Assembly (NCBI GenBank): GCA_965240325.2
Contig: OZ251224.1
Span: forward strand, 2,914,001 to 2,978,000
Reading direction: 5' to 3'
From: Rebecca billardiae RCC1528
Lineage: Eukaryota > Protista > Haptophyta
Length of the DNA stretch: 64,000 nucleotides
Below the pieces are notes generated by a model. That model saw only the letters and a program-made list of their open reading frames with translations. It did no database searches and was not told the DNA's origin. Of the stretch, positions 46,248 to 57,713 are shown piece by piece; the first letter of the stretch is position 1; each line of letters opens with the position of its first letter. The position numbers were made by a program, and so were the translations under genes.

Positions 46248-47270
46248 TCACTGCACCGCCTCTGGCAAGGCTGTTCGCAGCTTATGATAGGCCGCGCCGT
46301 TCAGCCGCGTGGCCTCGTCGACCAGCGTGCTCCCGAGCGCTTCGTGCAGCGCGCGCAAGAGCTTGGCGTTGGCCGTCTTCACGTCGGCCTTGCCCTCGTC
46401 CAGCAGCCTCACCGCGACCTGGGCCGTGCGGTGGCGGCGCACGCTCGGGGCCGGGGCGTGAGCGCGCGCGCGCAGCGCTCGTCGCGCACCCGCGACGCGC
46501 GCACGCGCAGCGGACGGGGCGCGGGGAGCGCGGCGCTTGGGCGCGCACCGGCACGACGTGCTTGATGAGCTGCGGGCGCGTCGCCTTGCTCGATGGCACC
46601 ATCTCTGCGAGCAGCTCCAACAAGGGCGCGCGCACGCGCGGTGAGCCGTAGTGCGCGACGTTGGCCATCGGCGGCCACAAGGTCGCCGGATCGGTCACCG
46701 ACTCGAGCGCGGCGAACGCCTCCTCCGTGGCGCCGCGCACCGCGGCGTTGCCCGACGCGAGCGCGTTGCACAGCGCGGGCACAATCACGTTGCACGCCGC
46801 CGAGTCGGCCGCCACGTCGGAGAGGCTGCCCACGACGCGAGGGAGCGCCTGCAGCGCGCACACGCTCACCTGCGCAGCAGCGCGCGCGCGCGCTCCGCGC
46901 AGGGCGTCAGCCCGCGGCGGGCGGGCCTCGAGGGAGGGCGCGCGGGGCGCGAGGGTTGCGCGCCGCGCGCGCGCGCGCGCCTTTGAGTTCCCGTCGGCGA
47001 TGCGCTGCGCGAGCAGGTCGAAGGTGGCGACCGCGTGCTTGGAGCGGCGCACGGAGGCCGTCTTAGCGCACACCAGCCCGACGAGCTGCTCGATGCCGTC
47101 CGTGCGCTGCCGCCAGTCGGGCGCGCCGATCGCGGCCGAGATCGCCTTGAACTCGTCGTCGAGCTCGCGGTTGAGCGGGTTGACCGCTGGCGCGCCGCCG
47201 CCCCGGCCGGAGCCGCGCACCGAGGTGGCGGACGCGCGCAGCGATGCGCCGGCGGCGGCGCACCCCGCCG

Positions 47271-47301
<31 letters not shown>

Positions 47302-47390
47302 GCCGCCGCCGCCGCCGCCGCCAAACGAGCCCGTGGCGCCGGCTGCGCCGTACGAGCCCTGGCGCTCGAGCGCGATGCCGTCGACGCCGA

Positions 47391-47421
<31 letters not shown>

Positions 47422-48334
47422 GACCAGCGCGTTCGTGCGGCTGTCGAGCCGCAGCAGCGCGCCCTCCGCGCCCTTGGACGCCGAGAGGGCCGTGTCCATC
47501 ACCGCGCGCACGCGCTTGGCGTCCGCCTCGCCGAGCGCGCGCTGCATGGTGCGCTGCAGCGCGCGCTCGGCGTCGGCGCCGTGCTGCTGCGCGACGTGCG
47601 CGAGCGCGCCGAGCGCGGCCTTCGCCGCCGCGCGCGTCTCCGCCGCGCCCTCGCCGAGGTAGCCCGAGAGCGCGGGCAGCAGCCGCTCGAGCTGCGGGCT
47701 GGTCAGCGCGCGCTCGCCCTGGTGCACGACCGCGCGCGTGACGCACTGCGCGCACTTGGTGCGCGAGGCGGCGGCCTTGGCGGCGGCGCTGGTGGTGAGC
47801 AGCGCGCCGAGCACCTTCGCGTCCGACGCGTTCGTCACCATCGCGACGAGCGCGCGCCACGCCTCCTCCGCGAGGAACTGGTCGTTGCCCGCCGCGCGCT
47901 TGATGAGCGGGGGCGCCAGCAGCTCGAGTTCAGAGTCCACGCCACGCGCGGCGCACGCAAAGAGCTCGCGGCAGCACGCGACGGCGTTGCGCGAGATGGC
48001 GGAGCGGAGCGACTCGACCATGGCGCACAGCTGGCGCACGAACGCGCGCAGCCGGTCCTTGTCCCCGAGCAGCGCCTGCCGCGCGTGGTGCACCGCGATG
48101 CGCCGCAGCGTGTTGAGGGCGTCGTGCTGCGCCATCCAGTCCTCCGAGTGGCACCGCTCGAGCGCGCCGCGCAGCTCGGCGTCGACGCTGCGGCCGGGGA
48201 AGGGCTCGAGCGCGTCCGTGCTCAGCTCGGCCACGCGCCGCGTCGACGAGCCCTTCACCTCGATGCCCGGGCTGCCCTGCTCGCCCCCGCCGCCGCCGCC
48301 GCCCGCGTACGCGCGGCGCGAAGGGCTGCCGCCC

Positions 48335-48375
<41 letters not shown>

Positions 48376-48489
48376 CAGGCCGCCGCCGCCGGCGCCGCCG
48401 CCGGCGCCGAGGCCGCTGGCCGCTCGGCCGCCCGCGCCGCCGCCCATCCGCAGCGGCGGGCGCGCGGCGCCCCCGTACAACGGGCTGCC

Positions 48490-48520
<31 letters not shown>

Positions 48521-49150
48521 GGCGCGCTGCCGCGCACGCCGCTCTCCGCGCCCGCGCGCAACGAGGACGCGCCGTGCGGCCGCGCGCCCGCGGGGCGGCG
48601 CGAGCCCCTCACCGCCGCGGGCGCCGAGCCGGCGATCCCGCGCGGCACGTCCGCATGCCCCATCCCGCCCTCCGCGCCGCCCAGCCCCTCCGCCGCCGAG
48701 CCCCCCGGCCCGTACGCCTCCTGCAGGTACTCCTCGTAGCTGCCCTGCCGCAGCGGACGGATCGGCCGCTCGTCGTCCGGCACGGAGGAGGGGGAGGCGT
48801 GGCCGCCGCCGAGCGCGCCGGGGCCGGGGCCGGCGCCGCCGACGCCGCACGACGCGGAGTGCAGCGCGCCGCCGTCCTCGGGCGACGCGACCCCCACCCA
48901 CGAGCCGCGCGCCTCGAGCGCGCCCGCGGCGCGCGCGGGCGCGCCCGGCGCGGCCGCGCCGCCGTCCGCCGGCGCGGGCCGCCGCGCCGCCGCGGGCCGC
49001 GCCGAGCTGTTGACGCGCGGCCCGCGCTGCGCGCGGCCGAAGGGCGCGGACGCCGAGCGCTGCGCGGACGACGACGGCTCGTCGCCCTCGTCGCCGCCCT
49101 CGGCGATGGGCGCCCTCGCGCCCGCCTCGGCGGCGGCCGGCCGCGCGGCC

Positions 49151-49182
<32 letters not shown>

Positions 49183-51220
49183 CTCGCCCGCCGCGGCGGC
49201 GGCGGCGGCGGCCGCGGCCGCGGCGCGGCGCTGCAGGCTGCTGCCCACCGAGTCGCCGCCGAGCTGCTCGCTGAACGTGACGGACGGCTGGCCGAACGCG
49301 CTGCTCGCGCCGTTCGAGCCGCGCCGCTTGCTGCCCGACGCCTTGAGCAGCTTGATGCGCTCGCCCACGCCCGCGCCGCCGCCCGCGCCGCCGCCGCCGT
49401 CCGCGTCCGCGCCGCCGCCGTCCGCGGCGCTCGGCAGCCAGAGCGACACCTTGCTCCTCGAGGGCGAGCCCGGCGAGGGCGGCACGGCGTACGCGGTGTG
49501 CGCGGGCGGGCCCGGCGCCGTCATGGACGACGCGCGCGCGCGGGCGTCCGCGGGCGGCGCGGCTGCGGCGGCGTCTGCGCCAAAGTAGCGCTCCAGCACG
49601 TCCACGCCACGGCCGCTCAGCGCGGGCGCGGAGAGCGCCGCGACGGGGCGCTCGCTCAGCGACTGCTGGGTGTGCGTCAGGTCGATCGGCGCGGGCACGG
49701 GCACGCTGCGCCCCGCGCCGGCCGCGCCGCGCTCGTCGCGCGCGCCGCTGTTGTTGCGCCGCGCCGCGCGCGCGCCCGCGCCCGCCGCCGCGTCCGAGCC
49801 GCGCCGGCGGCCGGCGGGCGCGTCCGCTCCCGCGCCCTCCGGCTCGAGCAGCGGCGCGTGCTGCGCGGTGAGGTCCTCCGCGGGCATGCTCGCGCGCTGC
49901 GCGCGCGGCCGCCCGCCGTCCGCGCGCGTCTGCGCGCGCGGCGCCGGCGGCTCGCGGTCCCACGGCAGCGCGTTCGCCGTGGTGCGCGTGCGGCCCGCGC
50001 CCGCCGACGTCGACGAGCGCAGCCGCCGCCCCGACGGCGCGCCGCCCGCGGCCGCGTCGCCGAGCAGGTGCACGAGCTCGGCGGAGGCGGAGACGGAGAG
50101 CCCGGCGGCGGGCGTGAACGAGGCGCACGGCGACGGCGCGGTCGGCGTCGTGCCGTTGCTCGAGCTGCGGTAGCTGCAGCACGCGAGGCCGTCGGCCGCG
50201 CACGCGCCGCCGCCGCCGTTGGGCGCGGCGCCGCCCTCGGCGCCGCCCAGCTGCAGCCGGAGGGCGGGCTCGGGCGAGGCGGCGGCGGCGGGCAGGCCGC
50301 CCTGCGCGGGCGGCTGCGCCATCGCGTGCAGGCTCACGTGCTCCACCAGCCCCTCCGCGCTCAGCGTGGGCAGCTTGCCGCCGAGCAGCTGCGCGCGCTC
50401 GCGCACGAGCGCGAGCTTGTCGTCCGCGGCGTGCAGCGCGCGCAGCTGCGCGCTGAACGCGCCGTCGCCGACGCGCACGCGCACGACGGCGAGCGCCTCG
50501 AGCGCGACGGCGCGCACCTTGGCCTTCGCGTCCGCGAGCAGCTCCACCAGCGCGGCCGTCACCACCGCGCTGCCGCCGTGCCCCGCGGCCAGCTCGGCGG
50601 CGGCGGGGCGCAGCAGCAGCAGCTGGATGAGCGCGTTGGCGGTGTGCTCGCGCACGTGCGCGTTGCGGTGCGACAGCTGCGCGCACAGCGCGCCGACGTA
50701 CTCGGGCAGCCGCGCGATCTTTGCCGCGCGGTACATGAGCGCCATGTTCTGCTGCCGGATCACGATCTTGTTGTCGCCGAACTTGTCCAGCAGCTTGGGC
50801 ACGAGCGCGGGCAGGTGGCCCACCATCGCCTCAGCCGACGCGTCGAGCAGCGTCGCGAGGATCTGCAGCGTCGTCAGCGAGATCTTGAAGTTGAGGTCGT
50901 CGAGCAGCGAGCGGAGGAGCTCGACGAGCGGGCCCAGCCCGGCGGCGAGCCGCGCGCCGTCCGCCGCGGGCCCCGCGCTCAGCGCGCGCACCAGCGCCTC
51001 GAGCTCCTCGATCGCCTCCGCGCGCACCTTCCAGTTGCCCGTGTCGCGCAGCTGCTCGTACAGACGCGCGGACACGAGCGGCAGGCCCGCGCCGCCGACG
51101 CCGGCGCCGCCGGGCGGGCCGGGCGACGGCGCGGCGGCGGCGGCGGCGGCGGCGCGCCCGTTCGGCAGCGCGGTCGGAGCGCCGCGCGCCGCCGGCCGCG
51201 CGCCGCGCGCTGCCGCCGCC

Positions 51221-51252
<32 letters not shown>

Positions 51253-52365
51253 CCACGCGCTGCGCTCCGCGGACGCGCCGCCGCGCGGGCTCGCGGCCGT
51301 CGGCGAGGCCGCGTCCGCCGCGGGGTGCTCGTCGGAGCCCTCCTCGCCGCTCTCGCTGCCCGAGTCCTCGTCCACCTCCTCGCCCTCCTCGTCCTCCTCC
51401 TCGTCCGAGTCTGACTCGAAGTCGTCCTCGGGCTCGGGCTCGGGCTCGGGCTCGGCCTCCTCGTCCTCGTCCTCGTCCACCTCGCCCGCCTCGTCGCTCG
51501 AGCCCGAGCTGGCGGACGAGGAGGCGCTGTTGCCCACGGTGTCGTCGTCGGGTTGGCGCCGGTCGGTGCCCGCCGGCCCGGCCGCCGCGCGGCCCCCGGC
51601 CGCCAGCTGCGCGCCGCCGTCGTCGTCGCCGTCGTCGCCGCGGCCGCCGCCGCCGTGCATCGCGAGCAGCTCGAGGACGTCGTGCACGCGCTGCGAGCCC
51701 GGCGCGGGCAGCGGCGGGAGCGACGCGCGCGCGTCTGGGTCGTAGTGCGCGTCGAAGAGAGCGCGCCGGCTCGGGCTCAGCCGGGAGGCCTCGCGGGAGA
51801 AGTCGGCGCACAGCTGGCTCATGTGCCCAAGCGCCTGCGCGTGCGGCGTCGCGCGCGCGGGTGCGGTGGCGCCGCGCGTGTTGGGCGCGCGAGTGAGCAG
51901 GCGAGGCCGCCGCCGCGCGCGTGGGCGGCGCGGGGCTCGACAGACGGGTCGCTCGCCCGTACCTTGCCGGCGATGGCCGACACATCCTCGTCATCGTCGT
52001 GCAGCAGGTCGACCACGCGCGGCAGCAGCGGCGCGCACGCCGGCGCCGCGCCGCTCGCGCCGGACGACGACGCGAGGAGCGCAAGCGCGGCTTCGAGTGC
52101 CGCCTCGCGCACGTGTGCCTGCTCGGGGAGCGGGTACGTATGCCGCGCGGGAGGCGCCCTGAGCGCCGGGCCGGCGCGCGGCGGCATGCCCCACACGAGC
52201 AGCGCGCGGAGCAGGGGGCGGGGGCGCCGGAGCGCGCGGGAGCGCGCGCGCGCGCGCGCAGCGCCGCGCGGATGCGGCACTCACCGCCGAGTGCGTCAAG
52301 CCCCGCTCTGCTAGCAGATCGAGCGAGCGCTCGCTACTGCGCGGCGCAACCCCCGCTGGGTCCAT
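46248..52365 (-). CDS. TOGARAM1: TOG-array ciliary protein (crescerin/TOGARAM/CHE-12); exons 52365-52285, 52118-51963, 51834-46981, 46869-46549, 46418-46248
   Basis: TOG signatures NWKVRAEAIEEL, LDDLNFKI, GDNKIVIR, SEDW, SLRSAISRNA, DWRQR and D.NSKV, separated by a long low-complexity linker. Four introns, one of them GC-AG. Confidence 0.82.
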
Positions 52366-52912
52366 CGCGGCGCCCGTGCGGCGCCGCGAGGCGGCTCCAC
52401 CGTGCAAGAGTGTAGCCCCGCCCCCGACTCACGCTGCAACCGGGTTGCAGCAGATACCCGCACACTATTATCATCAGCAGTATGGATCGCGGGAGCGGCC
52501 AATATGCCTGATGGCCGAACGCACCCGCTCTCATACAGGAATGTGAGCGTCTTTGTGATGACCTAGAAATCATCTGTAGTTATCATCGTGAGTACACGTA
52601 CAGGATGGTTACACCCGCCTATCTAGGTAGTTAAATGGGTCCGGCGACCCTCGCCGGACTCGCATCACAATAGAATGATCGGAAAGATTAAAAGTGTGCT
52701 GCGCTAAACAGCGAAAATAAAACTTTTGGACGGCCAAAGTTTATAGCGCGCAACAGCAAGGTCCTGGTGCGCCGTGCGTGCGCAGCAGGGCTGCTCCCGC
52801 CTCCCGGGCTGCTTTTGGCAAGGCGGCGAGCAGCTTGCGCCCCGCTGGAGGCGGCCGGTGGTGACGCCGGCGAGCTCTGCCCTCGGGCTCCGAGCGAGTG
52901 CGCGCAGCCGGT

Positions 52913-55900
52913 ATGCTGAAGGCGCTCAAGCTCTCCAAGTGGAAGAACAGGAGCAAACACACTCGCGAGTCGGGCGTCCACGCCGAGTTCACCAGCACCG
53001 ACGCGGACGGCAGCCCCGACGGACCCTCGTTCCTTCCACTGAGTGGCGAGGCTGACACGGACAATGCTGCACCGGCGTCGGCTAGCATCGCGCCGCCACA
53101 GGTGAACGTCCCGACGCTGAAGCTGCCCGCGCCAAAGGGGAAAGGGCAGCGGCGCAAGTCTCAGCTGGCCGCGCCCGCCGCTCCGGGTGCTCCCAGCTCG
53201 GAGCCCGATGCGGTGGGCGCGGCTGCGAAGAAGGGCAAAGGGCTGCGGCGCATGTCCCAGCTGCCCGCGCCCAGGGGCGCTCATGGTGCTCCCAGCTCGG
53301 AGCCGGATGATGCGGGCACAGCTGCGAAGAAGGGCAACAAGTCGCAGCTGGCTGCGCCAGGTGCCTCGGCTGCTCCGCCGAGCTCGGAGCCGGAGGCTGC
53401 GAGCGCGCCCGCTGCCGCGCCGCCTGGCGAGCTGCCGCTACCCGCTGGGCCACCGGCAGCGGCCGAGAAGCTGCCGCTGCCCACCGGGCCGGCAGCGGCC
53501 GCGGCCGCGAGCACGCCCGCGCCGCCAGCTGGCCCCTCTGCGGCCGCGGCCAAGCCGCCGCCCCCCTTTGGCTTCCCGATTCCGGCCAAGTTCGCCGAGA
53601 TCCGGCCCCCGCCTGGTGCCGGGGCTGGTGACGCGCCCGCGGCTGTCGGGTGCGAGCTCGCGGATCCGGCCGAGCGAGCAGTCAGCCTGCGCCAGCTCAG
53701 GCGGATCCTGGCGGCCGCGCGCGCACTGGGCGCCGCGGAGCGCTGGAAGGCGGTCGGCCGAGGAGGCCGCGCGGTGTCGGCTCGCACGATGTGCGCGCAC
53801 GACATCGTCGAGCACCTGGTGCTGCCGGCGACGCAGCACCGCGGCTGCTCCCTCGTCGAGCAGGTGGCGGCGGGTGCCCAGCGCACGCGGTGGCTGGTCA
53901 GCCACAGCTGGAATCAGCCGCTCATGGACGTGCTGCGGGGTGTCACGGCGCATGCGCGCGACCGCGCGATCGACGAGGACGCCCCGGTCTACTGGCTGGC
54001 GTGGTGCGCGGTGCGCCTCAAGGCGGGCTCGCCAGAGCTGCGCACCCCGCCAGGCAGCGCACAGGACGTGGCGCATCGTGCGCGGGTGGCGAGCGAGGGC
54101 ACGCTGACGGTGCTCGACTCGATCGGTCACACCCTGGTCAGCTCGCCGTGGGTGGCCTTCGAGGCGTACTGCGCGCTGACCGACACCGGCGGGCGGCACC
54201 TGCACGACGTGTACGTGGCGGCGCCGAGCACCGAGCGCTCCGAGGCGGCGAGATCGGGCGTCCTGCAGCAGACGGTGATGGCTGCGGCGCTCGCGCTTAC
54301 GCAGGCGCTGCCTGGCGCGGCGCAGGCTGGCGGCAATGCCGCCGACGCGCACGCCGCGCGACTCGTGCGGCCAGATCCGCGCCCCGCGGGCTCCCTCGAC
54401 GGGCTGGGCGCAGCCGACGCGCGCGCCCTCCGCCCTTCGGACGCGGCGTCCAGCCGGACGCGCAGCGAGCTGCGCTTCCAGGACGCGCTCATGAAGCAAA
54501 CGCGCGAGTTCACCTTCTCGGAGGCCGCCTCTGCCGCGGTGGAAGCGTCGCCCCGGGTCGTGGGTGCCGCGGAACTCGTCGCGACTGATGCGTACACCAT
54601 CCTGCAGTCGCTCGGAGGCGCGGACGCCGTGCATGCGCTGGAGAAGGTGATCCGCGCGCGGTTCGGGGTCGTGCCCGGCCTGAGCCGCGCGGTGGCAGCC
54701 GGCGATTCCGCCGAGCTCCGGGCCCAGCTGGCGCTCCTCAGCGACGCCGAGATGCGCATGGCTGCGCTCACGGTGACGTTCGCGCAGCTGCCACCTGTCG
54801 GCGCCGTCGCCGCGCTGGCGCACGCACTCCCGCCAAACCTCGTGCGCCTCCAGCTGATGCACGTGACGGGCACGCGGGAGCTTGCTCCCGCGGTGGCGTC
54901 GCTCGCGGCGCGCGGGCAGCTACGCCACCTCGCGCTCTGCGCGTGCCAGCTGGACGACGAGGACATCTCAGCGCTATGCCTCGTGCACCGCACGAGCTCG
55001 CCCATCTCCCACCTGCGCAGCATCGACTTGCGCGAGAATGCGTTTGGTGACACCGGCGCGCAGGCGCTGGCTACCGCGCTCGCACATGTCGCGTCCGGGG
55101 AGCAGAGCGCGCTGACGTTCTTGGATCTGTCACAGAACCCCATGCTGGGAGACGTCGGCCTGTCAGCGCTCGCAGGCGCCATTTCGGCTGGTGGCGGCGC
55201 ACCCGGCGGTGCCGGGCAGGGTGCAGCGCGCCTGGCTGAGCTCCGCATCCTCAACGTCGAGCACTGCCCGCGCATTGGCGACGCGGGGGCGACCGCTCTG
55301 GGCGACGCGCTCGGCGCGAGCACGTCGCTCAAAGAGCTGCGCATGGCTCGCACGGGCGTCGGCGCGGAAGGCGCCCGCGCTCTTGCCGTCGGGATTGGAG
55401 CCCACACGACGCTCGAACTGCTCAGGCTCTCGCGGACGCGCCAAATCGGCGACGTGGGTGCAGCGTCCATCGCGCGCTCGCTGACAAGCACGAGCGCACT
55501 CGCACACCTGGACTTGGCAGATGCGGGCATTGGTGCCGAGGGCGCGCGCGCCATTGCCGAGGCGCTCAAGTCAGGCTCGGCGCTTCGCTTGCTCGACCTC
55601 AGTGCAAACTCGCTCGGCGCCAAGGGCGGCGCGGCCCTCGCCAGCGGCCTCAGGCAAAACTCGTCGCTCGAGCAGCTTCGCCTTGCTCACTGCAGGCTCG
55701 GCGACGCCGGCGCGGAAGCGCTTGGCCCCGCTGTGGGAAGCAGCTGCCTGCGCTTACTCAACTTGGCCGTGAACGACATTGGCGATGCTGGTACGTCGGC
55801 GTTCCTGGGAGGGCTGGTGGAGGCCGCACCGGCGGCGAAGAAGCCCGCGTCAAGCGACGCGTCGGAGGCACCGGCGAAGCATGTGCAGAAGACGCTCGCC

Positions 55901-56590
55901 AGGCTCTTTTTGGACGGGAATGCCATTGGGGACGACGGCGCGACAGCTGTTGGCAAGCACGCGCGCTCAATGCAGGCCCTGCGCGTCCTCAGCCTCGGGG
56001 ACAATCGCATCGGAGGCCCAGGTGCCTCGGAACTGGCCCGTGGCGTCCGCGCCACACGGCTGGAGAGTCTCGAGCTCGCGGATAACGCTCTCGGAGGGCG
56101 CGGCGCGGCCGCCCTTGCCGAAGCGGGCATCGGGCGCACGCGATCTCTCCGCGATCTCGGCCTCGCCGGCAACACCCTCGGCGACGAAGGCGCTGTTGCC
56201 ATCGCGAAGGCCGTTCGCGGCGGACGATTGCTCGCCGTCAGGCTCGCAGACAACCGCATCGGCACCGCGGGAGCCGCCGCCCTGGGAAAGGCCATCGCCG
56301 ACCCAGTGTGCGTGCTCGAGCGACTCGACCTGGGAAACAACCTTATCGACGACGCTGGCGCCGCTGCTGTCGGCAAGGGGCTCCAGACGAACGCCCGCTT
56401 GCTTGCGCTGGATCTGGGGTACAATGGCCACCTCGGTGACGACGGTGCCAAGGCCCTGAGTGAGGCCCTGCGAGGCAACAGTACGCTCACACGTCTAGAC
56501 GTAGCGCATGGCGGCATAAGCCCCTCCGGAGCCGACGCGTTGGACAAGGCGCTGCACTACAATGCGGCGCTCGAGACACTCGTGACGTGA
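52913..56590 (+). CDS. LRR protein (ribonuclease-inhibitor/NLRC3-like repeats) with N-terminal tandem repeats and a degenerate HET-like middle domain
   Basis: Many LxxLxLxxNxIGDxGAxAL repeats from ~54800. WLVSHSW...YWLAWCA segment. Three N-terminal SQL..P...PSSEP repeats. No P-loop/NACHT motif seen. Confidence 0.85.
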   Translation: MLKALKLSKWKNRSKHTRESGVHAEFTSTDADGSPDGPSFLPLSGEADTDNAAPASASIAPPQVNVPTLKLPAPKGKGQRRKSQLAAPAAPGAPSSEPDAVGAAAKKGKGLRRMSQLPAPRGAHGAPSSEPDDAGTAAKKGNKSQLAAPGASAAPPSSEPEAASAPAAAPPGELPLPAGPPAAAEKLPLPTGPAAAAAASTPAPPAGPSAAAAKPPPPFGFPIPAKFAEIRPPPGAGAGDAPAAVGCELADPAERAVSLRQLRRILAAARALGAAERWKAVGRGGRAVSARTMCAHDIVEHLVLPATQHRGCSLVEQVAAGAQRTRWLVSHSWNQPLMDVLRGVTAHARDRAIDEDAPVYWLAWCAVRLKAGSPELRTPPGSAQDVAHRARVASEGTLTVLDSIGHTLVSSPWVAFEAYCALTDTGGRHLHDVYVAAPSTERSEAARSGVLQQTVMAAALALTQALPGAAQAGGNAADAHAARLVRPDPRPAGSLDGLGAADARALRPSDAASSRTRSELRFQDALMKQTREFTFSEAASAAVEASPRVVGAAELVATDAYTILQSLGGADAVHALEKVIRARFGVVPGLSRAVAAGDSAELRAQLALLSDAEMRMAALTVTFAQLPPVGAVAALAHALPPNLVRLQLMHVTGTRELAPAVASLAARGQLRHLALCACQLDDEDISALCLVHRTSSPISHLRSIDLRENAFGDTGAQALATALAHVASGEQSALTFLDLSQNPMLGDVGLSALAGAISAGGGAPGGAGQGAARLAELRILNVEHCPRIGDAGATALGDALGASTSLKELRMARTGVGAEGARALAVGIGAHTTLELLRLSRTRQIGDVGAASIARSLTSTSALAHLDLADAGIGAEGARAIAEALKSGSALRLLDLSANSLGAKGGAALASGLRQNSSLEQLRLAHCRLGDAGAEALGPAVGSSCLRLLNLAVNDIGDAGTSAFLGGLVEAAPAAKKPASSDASEAPAKHVQKTLARLFLDGNAIGDDGATAVGKHARSMQALRVLSLGDNRIGGPGASELARGVRATRLESLELADNALGGRGAAALAEAGIGRTRSLRDLGLAGNTLGDEGAVAIAKAVRGGRLLAVRLADNRIGTAGAAALGKAIADPVCVLERLDLGNNLIDDAGAAAVGKGLQTNARLLALDLGYNGHLGDDGAKALSEALRGNSTLTRLDVAHGGISPSGADALDKALHYNAALETLVT

Positions 56591-57305
56591 GCGCCGCGCA
56601 GGAGCGCAGCGCAGCAAATCTACATCAATTGCCGTGTTCTGCTGAGGCTACATACATGTGTGTCTTGAACCCAGCGCGCCCGCCCTGGCGGCGGCCACGG
56701 CGTGCCATGGCCACGGCCTTAGCCTGACCTGAATAAGACACGTGTATCAACTGTCTGAAAAGGCCAGTCATTAAGTAGCTGGGATTTGACTATAGTAGAG
56801 TGCTTGTAGTCCTGGCGTGGTAGCGGGTAGTCTGGTGGCGTAGCGGTAAAACCGAAAACGCTTCGTCATCTTACCATCCGTCCCACTGACCAGATCACGA
56901 ACAGACGCCCACGTGCGTGACGTTGGTACATATGTGCGCCGTTGGAAAAGCATTCACCGCTACGAGGTCGTGCGCTCTGCTACACGGCAAAGCGCGGCTG
57001 ATGGCGACTTCGCCGCCGCATGGGCGGGCGAGTCGCCGCTGCCCGCAAAAGACATACGTCATAGACGAGAAAACGGGCAGATGGCGCGTCGCGCACGTCA
57101 TGGAACTTGGTTGTGACCCTCGCCAGACTCAGCGCGCGCGGCGAAGCCACGTCCATGGGCACCATGCGTGCAGGCGGCGTCACGGCGAAGCCGCCTGGCC
57201 GCGGCGACCGGCCTCGCGCGTCCTTGCGGCGCCGCGAAAGGGCACCCATCCCGGCTGCGAATTTGGTAAGATGACGAAGCGTTTTACCGCTGCGCCACCA
57301 GAGTC

Positions 57306-57713
57306 GACTCTGGTGGCGCAGCGGTAAAACGCTTCGTCATCTTACCATAACGTACTGGGTCTCATCCGCGCGCGGTGCCAATTTGCCGCTGCAACTCTGA
57401 GCCACACCCCCCTGGGTGTGGGGCCGGTCGCCTGCCGGGTACGGTTTGTTCTCGCGGTTGGCTCCGCGTCCCATGCCCCTCTGGCGGGGCCCCCTGGGAG
57501 GGAATCCGGGGAGAGCCGACCCTGGGAGCCGCCCGGGGGCCGGACATTCGGAAATGTGTCCGGAATCCCTGGTCGTGGGCGACCCTCCTGCGAGACACGA
57601 AAGCCGCAGCGGCTGCTGTGAAAGAGCGAAAGAAGCGCACCGCAGCGGATTCGAACCCAGGACGTCACGGTAAGATGACGAAGCGTTTTAAAAACCGCTG
57701 CGCCACCAGAGTC
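57306..57713 (-). mobile_element. tRNA-derived SINE-like unit bounded by inverted arms (minus-strand copy)
   Basis: Reverse complement of 57714-58121 with 2 mismatches. Carries A and B boxes on the minus strand. Confidence 0.6.

Noticed and set aside
47035-51414. 1459-aa plus-strand ORF and similar long antisense or alternative-frame ORFs (e.g. 6100-8364, 11179-13476, 4349-6697)
   Set aside because: R/A/G/P-rich shadow frames, expected in very high-GC coding DNA overlapping well-supported genes.
52913-56590. True NLR (NLRC3 ortholog)
   Set aside because: No NACHT/NB-ARC P-loop is visible; the similarity is limited to LRRs.
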